The notes under the pieces are model-generated. The model ran no database searches, was not told the origin of the DNA, and saw nothing but the letters and a program-made list of their open reading frames with translations. DNA of 63,861 nt, filler included, from Octopus bimaculoides (lineage: Eukaryota): NCBI RefSeq assembly GCF_001194135.2. It is 7 parts of 6 records of this genome, joined end to end, with 100 filler letters (N's around TTAATTAATTAA, not from the genome) between each part and the next. Parts side by side here need not be neighbours in the genome. Positions count along the whole stretch, not along the records: positions 1 to 22,976 come from NC_068998.1; positions 23,077 to 30,745 come from NC_068987.1; 5 more parts are not named here. One strand, 5' to 3'. How positions within the stretch are numbered: position 1 is the first letter of the stretch; each line of letters begins with the position of its first letter. Made by a program: the position numbers and the translations under genes. Of this stretch, positions 12,001 through 24,770 are shown one piece after another.

Positions 12001-13254
12001 GGAGTACAGATGTACAAATTGAAATGCAAAAACAACGAAATAATGAATTGAAAGTTTGGTAATTGCGTTTATTTCCACCACGCGACACTTATGAGATCAA
12101 CGTGCTGTCTATAGAAAGAGTGCTCTTTGGTACAAGTAAATGCCGACAAAATCATTTCAAACCTTTCCGATTTCCCTTATTAAAACGGCTAGAATTTGTG
12201 CAACAATCTGACATATTAGTTATTGTCACCCGGGAAGAGGATTTTTTATGCTCAAGATAGAGAGTGTATTTGATAGAAATTATTGAAATACATATGTACT
12301 TCATATGAGTAGCAAATTGTGGAGGATGGTGTTCACTGTACTTGGATCCAGTTAGTTTGAGTCAAAAAATCATCCCCCTTTCAAAACGACGTAAAAAATC
12401 TGAGAATTTCTCATATTAAACACTCATTTCTTATTCAGGATCTAGTTTGTTTCATTCACAAAATCTACATTTTTTAAAAGGAAGTAAAAACAATCTGAAA
12501 ATTGTTTATATTGATGCAGTTTTCTACGTTTATTCCTCTGAAGCCATGAACTTCTAGAGAAAAAATTTGACAATTTTTTTCTTTTATTCATAGTTCTAAA
12601 ATACACACAGTCCGAATCTCCCATTCGTTTCTCTTTATAATTTCCAAAATTAAATTTTAAATGCTTCAAAATCAAAATTGCGTAAATATGTGTGCCAGAA
12701 GCTAGTTAAAAATTAAGGAAATAGATTTTTGGGAGATCTCTTATTATGACTGACTTTTATTCCATTATTCTAATATCTTCTGAAGCTTATACATATACAT
12801 GTGTAAATGCATGCAGAAAGATACAAATTTATATACACACGCACACATAGATTTTTAGAGAGTTAGTTTTATATACATCCTTGTACATATATAAATATTT
12901 CGGCATATCAACACAATTTTGCCCCAAAGATTTGCCTCTTCATAACTTTGAGAAAATTAAATATTTCTTTTCTACAAGTTTGCTTCAGATCGTGTAGATT
13001 CCGATTAAATTGGAATTTGTTGTGAAAACCGTTTGTCCTTAAAGGAGTTTTAGAAAATTCACACCATTAGGTTTTGTTGTGTGTGTGTGTGTGTTTGCTA
13101 GTGTCTGTTTTTCCTTTAGTTTTTGTTTACTTATACACATCAACAAATGAGCCAATGAGTTCCAAATGCCCCCCCCCATCCCCAGAGGCGGCATATGGGC
13201 TCCCGTTGTGAACCTTTGGTATAGAACAATAATTCTTAATGAGGTCCATATGGC

Positions 13255-13725
13255 CCTTCGTTGGTGGTATATATATTCGGGTCGATCAATTAAGTACCAG
13301 TTTTACACTGGTGTCGATGTAATTGACTTGTCCCCTCCCCCAACTTTCAGGCCTTGTGCCTATAGTAGAACAGATTATTTAAGGCTGCGAGCTGGCAGAA
13401 TCGTTAGCACGCCGGGCAAAATTATTAACGGTGTTTTGTCTATCGCTACGTTCTGAGTTCAAATTCCACCGAGGTCGACTTTGCCTATCGTCTTTTCGTG
13501 GGGTCAATAAAATAAGTACCAGTTGAGAACTAGTGGCGGGGCGAAATGCTTAGCGGTATTTCGTCTGCCGCTACGTACTGATTTCAAATTCCGCCGAGGT
13601 CGACTTTTCCTTTCATCCTTTCGGGGTCGATAAATTAAGTACCAGTGAAACGCTGGGATCGGTGTGATCGACTAGTCCCCACCCCCAAAATTTCAGGCCT
13701 TCTGCTTTTAGTAGAAAGGATTATT
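13255..13725 (+). mobile_element. Cluster of three SINE family A copies
   Basis: Partial copy at 13255-13380, copies at 13381-13530 and 13535-13725, all carrying the AAGTACCAGT/GTCGAT block. Confidence 0.85.
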
Positions 13726-14036
13726 ATTATCTATTTACTTTAGTTTTCCTGCTACTTTTCTCTCACCAATTCCAAATATTGAACACTGATCAATAATTGT
13801 TTGCCAGGTCAAAATTTTGATGATGAGAGAATAAAAAAAAAATTCGTTTTCTATAATTACGAATATTTCCTTTCCGTGTTGTCATCAGTATCGATTTGAT
13901 AATAGTCTACATCGATTTACGACTTCCTTATTGATTTTATTTATATCATCAAAGATAATCGCTTTTTTATTTTTTACACAGGTTAACAGGAATGATGCAA
14001 TCAGTCGATAAAAGACTCCAGTTAAAAAATCTCAGA

Positions 14037-14279
14037 TTTCCTGACTAAATGGTTGACTTTCTGATTAGATTGAACGATTTGTGACTTGGTGGCAGACTTT
14101 CTCACGAAATGATAAACTTTCTCTCTAAATAGTAAAATCTAAGAGTAAATAGTGGGCGTTTTGATTAAACGGAAAATTTTCTTGCTCACTGGCAGACATT
14201 TTAACTAAATAGCAGGTTTCCCCGACTAACTGGCAAGGATTTTGACTAAATGAAAGAACTTTTGAGCAAAAGATAGAAT
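14037..14279. repeat. Degenerate ~20-bp tandem repeat, about 12 units
   Basis: Units such as TTCCTGACTAAATGGTTGAC, TTTGTGACTTGGTGGCAGAC, TTTCTTGCTCACTGGCAGAC, ATTTTAACTAAATAGCAGGT; approximate consensus TTTCTGACTAAATGGCAGAC. Confidence 0.65.
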
Positions 14280-14280
14280 T

Positions 14281-14582
14281 TCTTATTTCTTTATTGCTCA
14301 CAAGGGGCTAGACACAGAGGGGACAAACAAGGACAGACAAACGAATTAAGTCGATTATATCGACTGCAGTGCATAACTGGTACTTATTTAATCGACCCCG
14401 AAAGGATGAAAGGCAAAGTCGACCTCGGCGGAATTTGAACTCAGAACGTAACGGCAGACGAAATACCGCGAANNNNNNNNNNGCAAAGTCGACCTCGGCG
14501 GAATTTGAACTCAGAACGTAACGGCAGACGAAATACCGCGAAGCATTTCGCCCGGCGTGCTAACGTTTCTGCCAGCTCGCCG
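14281..14582 (-). mobile_element. SINE family A, full length (internal segment duplicated across a 10-N gap)
   Basis: Reverse complement of the 8224-8460 copy. Confidence 0.9.
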
Positions 14583-15860
14583 TGATAGTTGTAAGTAGTG
14601 GCAGTGATAGTGGTAGTGTGATTATGCAACTGGTGGTGGTGGTAGTGGCGGTGGTGGTGGTGGTAGTTAATGAGGATGTGATGTTGGCCGTGGTGGCTGT
14701 GGTAGTGTTTGTGGAGGTAGTTGTGTGTATATGCGTGTGTAACTATGTGTGTGTGTGTGTCTGTGTCTATGTGTATGCGTAGATGTATGTGTAGGTGTGT
14801 GTACATGAGTAGATGTAAGCGAGTGTATATGCAAGTCTGTGTGTAAGTCTGTGTATGCGTATATATGTGTGTATAATTGTGTGTGAGTGTATGTGTACCT
14901 GTATGTATGTGTGTGTAAGAGTGTGTGTTGGGGGGGGGTGCATGTGTGTTGTCATTAAATCCCTGAGTTATGGCTGCTCTTTCATATCGTTACCTACTTC
15001 CGGTCTTGAAACATCCTCGGATCTAACATTGACCATAATGACCGGAAACAGATGTTGGCCACGTTCTACGAGCCTCCACCCGATACAAGGCACCCCTCCC
15101 CCTCCACCTCATCCTTCCTCTTCCTCACACTCACCGCTGCATCCTCTGTTCAATGCCAACACCACCCCACCATCGCCATCACCACTTCAACCAAGATCAA
15201 CAGCAACGAACCACCCTTCCAACACCACCCATCACAATACCTCCCACTTCACCCATTTCTCTATAAACACCCTACACCAATCTCCTCCTCCCTCACCGTA
15301 CTGTCTCTCACCGTTCCTGATCTGTGACCTTCTTCTTCTTCTTCTTTTTCTTCTTCTTCTTCTTCTTCTTCTTCTTCTTCTTCTTCTTCTTCTTCTTCTT
15401 CTTCTTCTTCCTCTTCCTTATCTTCTTCTCCTCCTCCTCCTCCTTCAGCTTTATTATCATATTATTAAGAGAGAGAGAGAGAGAGTGTGTGAGGGAGAGG
15501 GAAAGAGCAATTCATGCCATCCCTGAATAAGGGTTGTTTAAGGACGATGAACGAATCACCCATGTTTCCAGAGGTGAGTTATTCAAACCCCAAAGAATCC
15601 CTCTCAACACATGGCCATGATGCTCCCCAAATACTCATGCTAGTGGACAGAGATGCACATCTCATCAGTCACTTAGGGACATGGTCAACTGGTTAAGGTC
15701 TCGCAACTAGCAAGCAAATCTGTGGAATTGAACAAAATATTTGTTGTAATCCATCTTTTACACGAAGAAAAAAACATGTACAAGTTAACACTTCCAATCA
15801 GTTAAGGTTAGAAGTCAGGAGAACCAGTGTCTGGTACTGCACCAAGGAATTTATTATTAT

Positions 15861-16120
15861 TTACTCTTTTACTTGTTTCAGTCATTTGACTGCGGCCATG
15901 CTGGAGCACCACCTTTAGTCGAGCAAATCGACCCCAGGACTTATTCTATTGGTCTCTTTTGCCGAACCGCTAGGTTACGAGGACGTAAACACAGCACCAT
16001 CGGTTGTCAAGCCGAGGTCGACTTTGCCTTTCATCCTTTCGGGGTCAATAAAATAAATACCAGTTGAATACTGGAGCCAATATAATCGACTAGCCCCCTC
16101 TCACATAATTTCAGGCCTTA
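15861..16120. mobile_element. Fused SINE fragments: family B tail (minus, 15861-16010) joined to family A 3' half (plus, 16011-16120)
   Basis: Sequence switches at ...GGTTGTCAAG|CCGAGGTCGACTTTGCC. Confidence 0.8.
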
Positions 16121-16462
16121 AACCTTTATCATAAAGGATTTTATTTACATTGTATTATATTAGATAATATTATATTAGATTAGATCAAACCCACTAAAAG
16201 ATATTATAGATACAAAGTTATATATTATATATAGATCACAAGGGTAACTGTGTGATTTACGGGTGTGTTATATGTGAGCATTTAACGACGTTTTTCTTTA
16301 CATTGAAACAACAACAGGGTGTGACAGTGTATGGAGTTTTATTGTCTGTGAAAACAAAACACTTGAATTTAGAAAATTGTACTAGCATGCGAATACTCAC
16401 ACGAATACAGCACACACATATGTATATGCATGCTTACATACATACGTACATACATACATACG

Positions 16463-16493
<31 letters not shown>

Positions 16494-16705
16494 TACACAC
16501 ACAGAACATTCGCACACGAACCCGCACACAAACCCATATATGTATTCCCATACATGTGTGTGTGTGTGTACATACATACCCCCCCCCCATATATATATGT
16601 ATATATATATATATATATATATACACACGTATATAGATAGACATAGATATGCTCGCACAGATACATATGTATATACATTTTCATATACATACATGCACAC
16701 ATACT

Positions 16706-16744
<39 letters not shown>

Positions 16745-17754
16745 AGGCTGGCTAGATTGGAGCAATCTCGAGGATAACCAGCCGAAATTGCAAAGATAAT
16801 CTGGAACTCGACTGAGGAAAGAAAACTCCGAATGACCTGCCCTTGTTTTCTTTGTATCGTCTGTCTGGATGTTTTGTTGTCCCTTTTTTGTATCACCTGA
16901 CTGTTCGGATGTTTTGCGATCTTGTCCCATTTTGTATTATATATATATATATATGTATATATANNNNNNNNNNNNNNNNNNNNNNNNNNNNNNNNNNNNN
17001 NNNNNNNNNNNNNNNNNNNNNNNNNNNNNNNNNNNNNNNNNNNNNNNNNNNNNNNNNNNNNNNNNNNNNNNNNNNNNNNNNNNNNNNNNNNNNNNNNNNN
17101 NNNNNNNNNNNNNNNNNNNNNNNNNNNNNNNNNNNNNNNNNNNNNNNNNNNNNNNNNNNNNNNNNNNNNNNNNNNNNNNNNNNNNNNNNNNNNNNNNNNN
17201 NNNNNNNNNNNNNNNNNNNNNNNNNNNNNNNNNNNNNNNNNNNNNNNNNNNNNNNNNNNNNNNNNNNNNNNNNNNNNNNNNNNNNNNNNNNNNNNNNNNN
17301 NNNNNNNNNNNNNNNNNNNNNNNNNNNNNNNNNNNNNNNNNNNNNNNNNNNNNNNNNNNNNNNNNNNNNNNNNNNNNNNNNNNNNNNNNNNNNNNNNNNN
17401 NNNNNNNNNNNNNNNNNNNNNNNNNNNNNNNNNNNNNNNNNNNNNNNNNNNNNNNNNNNNNNNNNNNNNNNNNNNNNNNNNNNNNNNNNNNNNNNNNNNN
17501 NNNNNNNNNNNNNNNNNNNNNNNNNNNNNNNNNNNNNNNNNNNNNNNNNNNNNNNNNNNNNNNNNNNNNNNNNNNNNNNNNNNNNNNNNNNNNNNNNNNN
17601 NNNNNNNNNNNNNNNNNNNNNNNNNNNNNNNNNNNNNNNNNNNNNNNNNNNNNNNNNNNNNNNNNNNNNNNNNNNNNNNNNNNNNNNNNNNNNNNNNNNN
17701 NNNNNNNNNNNNNNNNNNNNNNNNNNNNNNNNNNNNNNNNNNNNNNNNNNNNNN

Positions 17755-17794
<40 letters not shown>

Positions 17795-18274
17795 TGTATG
17801 TATGAGTCTATGTACGTATATATGTCTCTGTGTGTAAGTGTATATGGATGTAATTGTATATGTAAATATGTATATTTGTGTAATGTTTCTATATACGTAT
17901 ATACGTTTGTATGTGTGTGTAAGTGTGTGTGCATGTGTGTATGCATGTAATTATATGTATATATTAAGGTATGTAGATGTATGTGCGCGTGTATTTATGT
18001 TATTGTTATGTATGTATGTATACACATGCGTTCACACGCATAGACAATGCACACACATACACGCACAGGCGCGCGCGCATACACATGTTTGTACGTCTGT
18101 ATATTTTCTTAGCATATATTTTCTCCATTTCTCACCATTTGTAGCAAAAAAAAAGCCGGTTTCTGAACAAAAGTCAAGAATCTTTTGTTTGTACTTTAAA
18201 CTACATCAAGCGACTGTGTATGCTTGTATGCATAAATGTACTTACATATGTATGTATTTGTGAATGTATGTATA

Positions 18275-18308
<34 letters not shown>

Positions 18309-20047
18309 NNNNNNNNNNNNNNNNNNNNNNNNNNNNNNNNNNNNNNNNNNNNNNNNNNNNNNNNNNNNNNNNNNNNNNNNNNNNNNNNNNNNNNNNNNNN
18401 NNNNNNNNNNNNNNNNNNNNNNNNNNNNNNNNNNNNNNNNNNNNNNNNNNNNNNNNNNNNNNNNNNNNNNNNNNNNNNNNNNNNNNNNNNNNNNNNNNNN
18501 NNNNNNNNNNNNNNNNNNNNNNNNNNNNNNNNNNNNNNNNNNNNNNNNNNNNNNNNNNNNNNNNNNNNNNNNNNNNNNNNNNNNNNNNNNNNNNNNNNNN
18601 NNNNNNNNNNNNNNNNNNNNNNNNNNNNNNNNNNNNNNNNNNNNNNNNNNNNNNNNNNNNNNNNNNNNNNNNNNNNNNNNNNNNNNNNNNNNNNNNNNNN
18701 NNNNNNNNNNNNNNNNNNNNNNNNNNNNNNNNNNNNNNNNNNNNNNNNNNNNNNNNNNNNNNNNNNNNNNNNNNNNNNNNNNNNNNNNNNNNNNNNNNNN
18801 NNNNNNNNNNNNNNNNNNNNNNNNNNNNNNNNNNNNNNNNNNNNNNNNNNNNNNNNNNNNNNNNNNNNNNNNNNNNNNNNNNNNNNNNNNNNNNNNNNNN
18901 NNNNNNNNNNNNNNNNNNNNNNNNNNNNNNNNNNNNNNNNNNNNNNNNNNNNNNNNNNNNNNNNNNNNNNNNNNNNNNNNNNNNNNNNNNNNNNNNNNNN
19001 NNNNNNNNNNNNNNNNNNNNNNNNNNNNNNNNNNNNNNNNNNNNNNNNNNNNNNNNNNNNNNNNNNNNNNNNNNNNNNNNNNNNNNNNNNNNNNNNNNNN
19101 NNNNNNNNNNNNNNNNNNNNNNNNNNNNNNNNNNNNNNNNNNNNNNNNNNNNNNACCTTCGCCTTTGCAAAGGCGAAAGTGTTGTTTTCTTTCGTATTTG
19201 TTTGTTAGTTTGTTAGTCCGTGGACAAAGATATCTCAAGAACCGAGGGATGGATTCGGATGAAGGGATGTTTGGCCTCGTGACTGGCACGAACTGATTTT
19301 GGGATTGATCCAGTACCGGACAAGGATTCTGGGTTAGTTTTCCTTTTGCTTTTTTTTTTTTACTTAATTTTTGAGAGTGGTCGGGTTCATTTTTAGTATT
19401 CTCGTTTGAGAACCATCGTGTTTATTTCAGACATTCTCATTTTAAAAATCATCTCCGGCTAATCGATAAAGGGAGCACCTCACAAATCCAAAGTACTATC
19501 CAGTATGCATGAAACTTGCTTCACAAAGTGTATAATAATAATAATTAAAATGCGGGAAAGACAAATTCAAATTGATAGTTCGATAACACATATGGACAGT
19601 TAACTCTTGGGCATATAAAATATATCCTTTTCACATTTCAAATACTTGGCCCTTAAGACAGAATATTTGGGCCGGATATGGCCAGATTAAATGCTAAAAA
19701 GTCAGAAGTTAGCTCATTGATGATTATATACATCTTGTCTGCCTGAATATACTCAGCACACCTACGAAGTGCTATCAATCTATATGTCGATTGTTTCAAA
19801 TAATGATGACCGACAAAATAAACAAACAATAGTAAGTATTCATTTTATTTTATTGCATAGATTACAAATAGGTTTATTGATCGATGGTCTCAATAATGGA
19901 AGTAAAGTCGATTTTATTAAGTTCGAGTTTACTGGGACTTCAGACTTCGTCTGACGTGTTTTTCAACCTGGTTGAGTAAGGCTGTTAGCTGTAATTTGAA
20001 GATCCCGACCACTCTGACTTAAAAGTACGCCTATATATATAAATGTG

Positions 20048-20100
<53 letters not shown>

Positions 20101-20241
20101 NNNNNNNNNNNNNNNNNNNNNNNNNNNNNNNNNNNNNNNNNNNNNNNNNNNNNNNNNNNNNNNNNNNNNNNNNNNNNNNNNNNNNNNNNNNNNNNNNNNN
20201 NNNNNNNNNNNNNNNNNNNNNNNNNNNNNNNNNNNNNNNNN

Positions 20242-20273
<32 letters not shown>

Positions 20274-21397
20274 TAACGTTGACCACTAACGTGGACAATT
20301 AATGTGCTAGAAATAGATCACATCTTGTGTCTATTAAGACCTAAATTGCTCTCAGCATGAAATATAGCAGTATACCAAAACGTAAGCGGGCAAGACATTT
20401 AAAATCACCTAAAAAAAATATATATATATATGTATATATATAATCATAGAGATATGTGTTTCCGGCTGAATGAAAGAACAATGGCAACACTGAGATGAAG
20501 GACAAAGTAACATTTAATAAGAGGATATTGAAATGTAGAGGTTGCTTCCGTTAGATGGTTGGTACTGTCATATTTATATTAAGATATGTTTAAAAACAAA
20601 AAAAATTTTTAAAAAGAGGGATGAAAAGCCTGGAAAAATTTGAACACTTCTCTGGTCTGACAAATTGTGTAAGTATGTATGATGTGTGTGTGGGGGGGAC
20701 GTGTCTGCGTGTGTTCCTAAGTCATTCTTTTAATTTCATATTAGGTTCTTTATTTACCAGGCGTTTATATTCTGAAGCATATGTATATTGAGTTCTAATA
20801 GAAGGTTATTAGTATCACTGTGTCTAAGCGAAATCCTAATATATATATATATATATATATANNNNNNNNNNNNNNNNNNNNNNNNNNNNNNNNNNNNNNN
20901 NNNNNNNNNNNNNNNNNNNNNNNNNNNNNNNNNNNNNNNNNNNNNNNNNNNNNNNNNNNNNNNNNNNNNNNNNNNNNNNNNNNNNNNNNNNNNNNNNNNN
21001 NNNNNNNNNNNNNNNNNNNNNNNNNNNNNNNNNNNNNNNNNNNNNNNNNNNNNNNNNNNNNNNNNNNNNNNNNNNNNNNNNNNNNNNNNNNNNNNNNNNN
21101 NNNNNNNNNNNNNNNNNNNNNNNNNNNNNNNNNNNNNNNNNNNNNNNNNNNNNNNNNNNNNNNNNNNNNNNNNNNNNNNNNNNNNNNNNNNNNNNNNNNN
21201 NNNNNNNNNNNNNNNNNNNNNNNNNNNNNNNNNNNNNNNNNNNNNNNNNNNNNNNNNNNNNNNNNNNNNNNNNNNNNNNNNNNNNNNNNNNNNNNNAATA
21301 TGTGACATTAATAAAAATCTGTAAATGTACAAACATCCAGATTTCTGAGTACCTTAATTTTTTTCTATATAATTTCTGTACATCACCTCCAAACCTT

Positions 21398-21467
<70 letters not shown>

Positions 21468-21508
21468 TATATACTTAAAAGGTTGTTGGTTATGGTCACT
21501 TCTGTCAG

Positions 21509-21559
21509 AAAGTGATCATTGGTTTCGTACTTATCGGTATAGGTGACTCGTCAGACTTT
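21509..21559 (-). ncRNA. Degenerate minimal hammerhead ribozyme motif (Penelope-type)
   Basis: Minus strand: AAAGT-CTGACGA-G...C-GAAA-CCAATG-ATC-ACTTT. Stem I is a perfect 5 bp; stem II is poorly paired and the 15.2/16.2 pair is broken. Confidence 0.5.
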
Positions 21560-22059
21560 GGTTGAGAGAAGAAGGAACCTGAAGACCTCGCTCGTCCTGG
21601 GGACTTTCTAAAACTTCAAAAGCAGAAATTTTTAGTCAGTGCTCTCATTAGAGGAAATTCGTGTTGAAAACATGGAATTGCCCGCTTGCCGACTAGCGGA
21701 AAGTAATCATCTATTGATGACTCTTTTCAGACGCAACTGGAACCGATTTAAGGGAGATAACAACTCGCGCAGAAAAATTGTCGACTACTAGAATTTCGTT
21801 TCGGGGTATTTTGCTTACAGCCTTAACTGACCAAGAGTTTTTCCTACCTCCAATTGTAGAGAGGTTGTGTGCCTTCATCATCGACTCTGGCGAGTCACAT
21901 GTAGCGCTGAGAACCTCAGAGTCACTCTCTGACCGAGCATAACTAAAATCATTTCGGGTATTACTGCTCTAAACTGCTTTAATTTTAAAGTGTGCTTCTT
22001 TTCGGATTTATGAACCACTGTTCGATATATATTCTGTAATTCTTTTACATATTTCAAGA

Positions 22060-22340
22060 CTAATGCTGTGGCCATGATGGGGCACCGCCTTGGAGAAACC
22101 TGAGTCGAATGAATCGATCCCATTACTTAAAGCCTTGTTTCAGTCATTAGACTGCAGCCATACTGGGACACCGCCTTCAAGGAATTTTAGTCAAATGAAT
22201 CGACCGAGTCGCTTAAATTTTTAAAGCCAGATACTTATTCTATCTAACTCCTTTTACCGAATCGGTAAGTTACGAGGGACGTAAACACACTGATACCGGT
22301 TGTCAATCTGTGAGGGAATTACAAATGCAAACACTGAAAC
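22060..22340 (-). mobile_element. SINE family B, two overlapping 3' fragments
   Basis: GACTAATGCTGTGGCCATGATGGGGCACCGCC and TTGTTTCAGTCATTAGACTGCAGCC tails. Confidence 0.7.
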
Positions 22341-23089
22341 AGACACACATATAAATATGTGTGTGTGTGTGTATCTATGTATCTATGTATGCGAATAGAA
22401 ATCCCAAATTAGGGAAACAAGTAGATAAAATCCAAGCTACATATGATTCATAGCAAGCAGAACCTCGGAAACAGTAATTTTCCAAACGACGGGTAATCCG
22501 TTAACTACTCGTCGGGCCAGGACTGCTCGAAGCTTACTATCTTCCTACACTTTGATCCTTGGATCTTACCTTTCGTCAAATAAATTCACTGGCAAGACAT
22601 TGCTCTGCCCGGGGTTGTAGTAAAAAATACTTTCAGAAGGTGCTGCACCCGGTGACTGAACCCGAAAGTACGTACTTCCAAAGCGAGCTTATCACACAAC
22701 CATGCTTACAACTATAAAGAAAAGCATTGGGAACCAATGCATTCCATTGTTAAACAGTTGATGTTGATCTTTCTTAGAGCGGCCTTCAGTCTTTGAAACA
22801 CTCCTTCAGGCCTCGTGTAAACCTTGGAGTCGCAGCTGTAAAGTATCCGGTGAAGCAGCTCCATATCAATATATGTACACTACATATCTATCATAGAGTC
22901 AATGTTGCTGGAGTTGGTTTGACGAGAGATTTCTTATTTCTTTATTGCCCACAAGGGGCTAAACATAGAGGGGACANNNNNNNNNNNNNNNNNNNNNNNN
23001 NNNNNNNNNNNNNNNNNNNNTTAATTAATTAANNNNNNNNNNNNNNNNNNNNNNNNNNNNNNNNNNNNNNNNNNNNAGATAGATAGATA

Positions 23090-23245
23090 CGACGTGTTTC
23101 TTCCTGTTCCCGTCTACCAAATCTACTCCCTAGGCTTTAGTCGGCCCGAATCTATAGTAGAAGGCACTTGCCCAAGGTGCCATTCAGCGGGACTGAACTC
23201 GGAACCATGTGGTTGGGAAGCAAACTTCTTACCACACAGCCACGC
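23090..23245 (-). mobile_element. SINE family B, 5' half
   Basis: CACTTGCCCAAGGTGCC core and GGGACTGAACTCGGAACCATG. Confidence 0.85.
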
Positions 23246-23365
23246 CTTGTTGATAATTACAATTTCTAATAAAACCAAACCAAACCAAACCAAACCAAAC
23301 CGAACCAAATCAAATATACATTAAAAGCAGTTATAGAGTTAACGCTTCAACTCTTATTAAAAGTA

Positions 23366-23605
23366 CAAGGTGTTCAAAAAAATCTCTCCGCAGTTAATTT
23401 TTTTCATCCTGACTCTCCAAGATGTATTTCATGTGTAGAAGAGTCAACTTATGTACTGAAATGGAAGGACGACACTTCACCACCTCTTATAAAAAATTTT
23501 ATAGTCTTGTAAAGTCTAATATATTCTTTTGCAGTCTTATACCATCTTATAAATATTTATTTTGCAAGAAAATACTTGCTGCGGAGAGACTTTTTGAACA
23601 CCATG
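23366..23605. mobile_element. Tc1/mariner-type MITE, 240 bp
   Basis: TIRs CAAGGTGTTCAAAAAAATCTCTCCGCAG and CTGCGGAGAGACTTTTTGAACACCATG, each flanked by TA (23364-65, 23606-07). Confidence 0.85.
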
Positions 23606-23682
23606 TATATATGCTTTTATTTCAGCAGTAATATTATTCTTTGCTTGTATTTTATTGGTTATTTCTGTTTTCGTTATCACAG

Positions 23683-23808
23683 TATGAGAATAACCTAGGT
23701 TCAACAGAGTTATGCCAAGGTTAAATTGACGGCCAAAATTTGGTATGGCTTATTATATAGTGTGATAGAAATATGGAAAAGCTGTGGAAATTTGAAGGAC
23801 TCAACAAG
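23683..23808 (+). other. Candidate exon, unassigned
   Basis: Pyrimidine tract plus CACAG acceptor and strong AAG|GTAAGA donor. Not open from the acceptor in any frame; ATG at 23773 gives MEKLWKFEGLNK in phase 0. Confidence 0.3.
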
Positions 23809-24007
23809 GTAAGAATTTAATAAACTATTTATTTTTTTAACTTAAAAACAAACATTAATTTTGATAATTATAACAATGGTGGTCAAATATTCAAACAAAA
23901 CAGGAATAAATTGATAACAATAATAACAATAGTTGTATGTATGTATGTAAATATGTGTGTATCTATCTATGTATTTATAACAACAACAACAACAATAACA
24001 ACAATAA

Positions 24008-24215
24008 TAATAATGGTCTCAAATTTTGGCACAAGGCCAGCAATTTTAGGGGAAGGCATAAGTTTATTAGATCAACCCCAGTAATCAACTGGTACTTATT
24101 TTATCGACTCCGAAAGGATGAAAGGCAAAGTCGACCTTGGTGGAATTTTAATTCAGAACGTAAAGACGGATGAAATGTCATTAAGCATTTTATCCGGGGG
24201 GCTGACGATTCTTCC

Positions 24216-24216
<1 letters not shown>
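24008..24216 (-). mobile_element. SINE family A
   Basis: AACTGGTACTTATTTTATCGACTCCGAAAGGATGAAAGGCAAAGTCGACC. Confidence 0.85.
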
Positions 24217-24311
<95 letters not shown>

Positions 24312-24379
24312 CAATGCAAATTAGGCTTTTAATGGAGGGCTCTTTTCTTGGGACCCACTGAACAAGTCCATTGTCAGGC

Positions 24380-24770
24380 TTAGTGTGGATATACCTAATA
24401 CCGGAGAATAAGCTTTCTCTCGTGCATACTAATGCTGAATGTTTCTGATTTGGCATTCACACATAATTCTACGATGCCAGATTTCTTTCAAAACTTTTAC
24501 AGCGGTGCAGAGGTCATATTTTCCCTTATACTTGTCGGCAATTTTTAAGCTGATATCATATGCCGCAGATATCTCTTTCAACAACCAACGTAGCTTCTAA
24601 GCTTCGTTGCATTGTGCCTTTCTAAGTTTCTGAAAGAAGTGAGGTGTGGTTATCAAATTTCTACTTGAATGGCTCTTCTGGATAATCTATACAAAGCTTG
24701 AAGCTGATATCATGGTTTGGGCCTATAGACTTAATCTTCGCCTCATATATGAAGGGTTATGTAATATAAG
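24380..24770 (-). mobile_element. Penelope-like element fossil, GIY-YIG endonuclease region
   Basis: Across stops and frameshifts: YEAKIKS...EEPFK*KFDNHTS, NATKLRSYV, AYDISLKIADKYKGKYDLC, resembling the PLE FKxRxxNH...TxLSxY...ISWKI...CxLC order. Confidence 0.5.

Noticed and set aside
14404-14541. Direct repeat inside a SINE on both sides of a 10-N gap
   Set aside because: Typical unmerged contig overlap.
16805-16845. CTGAGGA...CCGAAT hammerhead-like motif
   Set aside because: GAAT instead of GAAA and no stem II closing pair.
23021-23032. TTAATTAATTAA isolated inside N runs (also near 30790, 36802, 41808, 45867, 61852)
   Set aside because: Identical six-frame-stop word always embedded in gaps: an assembly linker, not biology.
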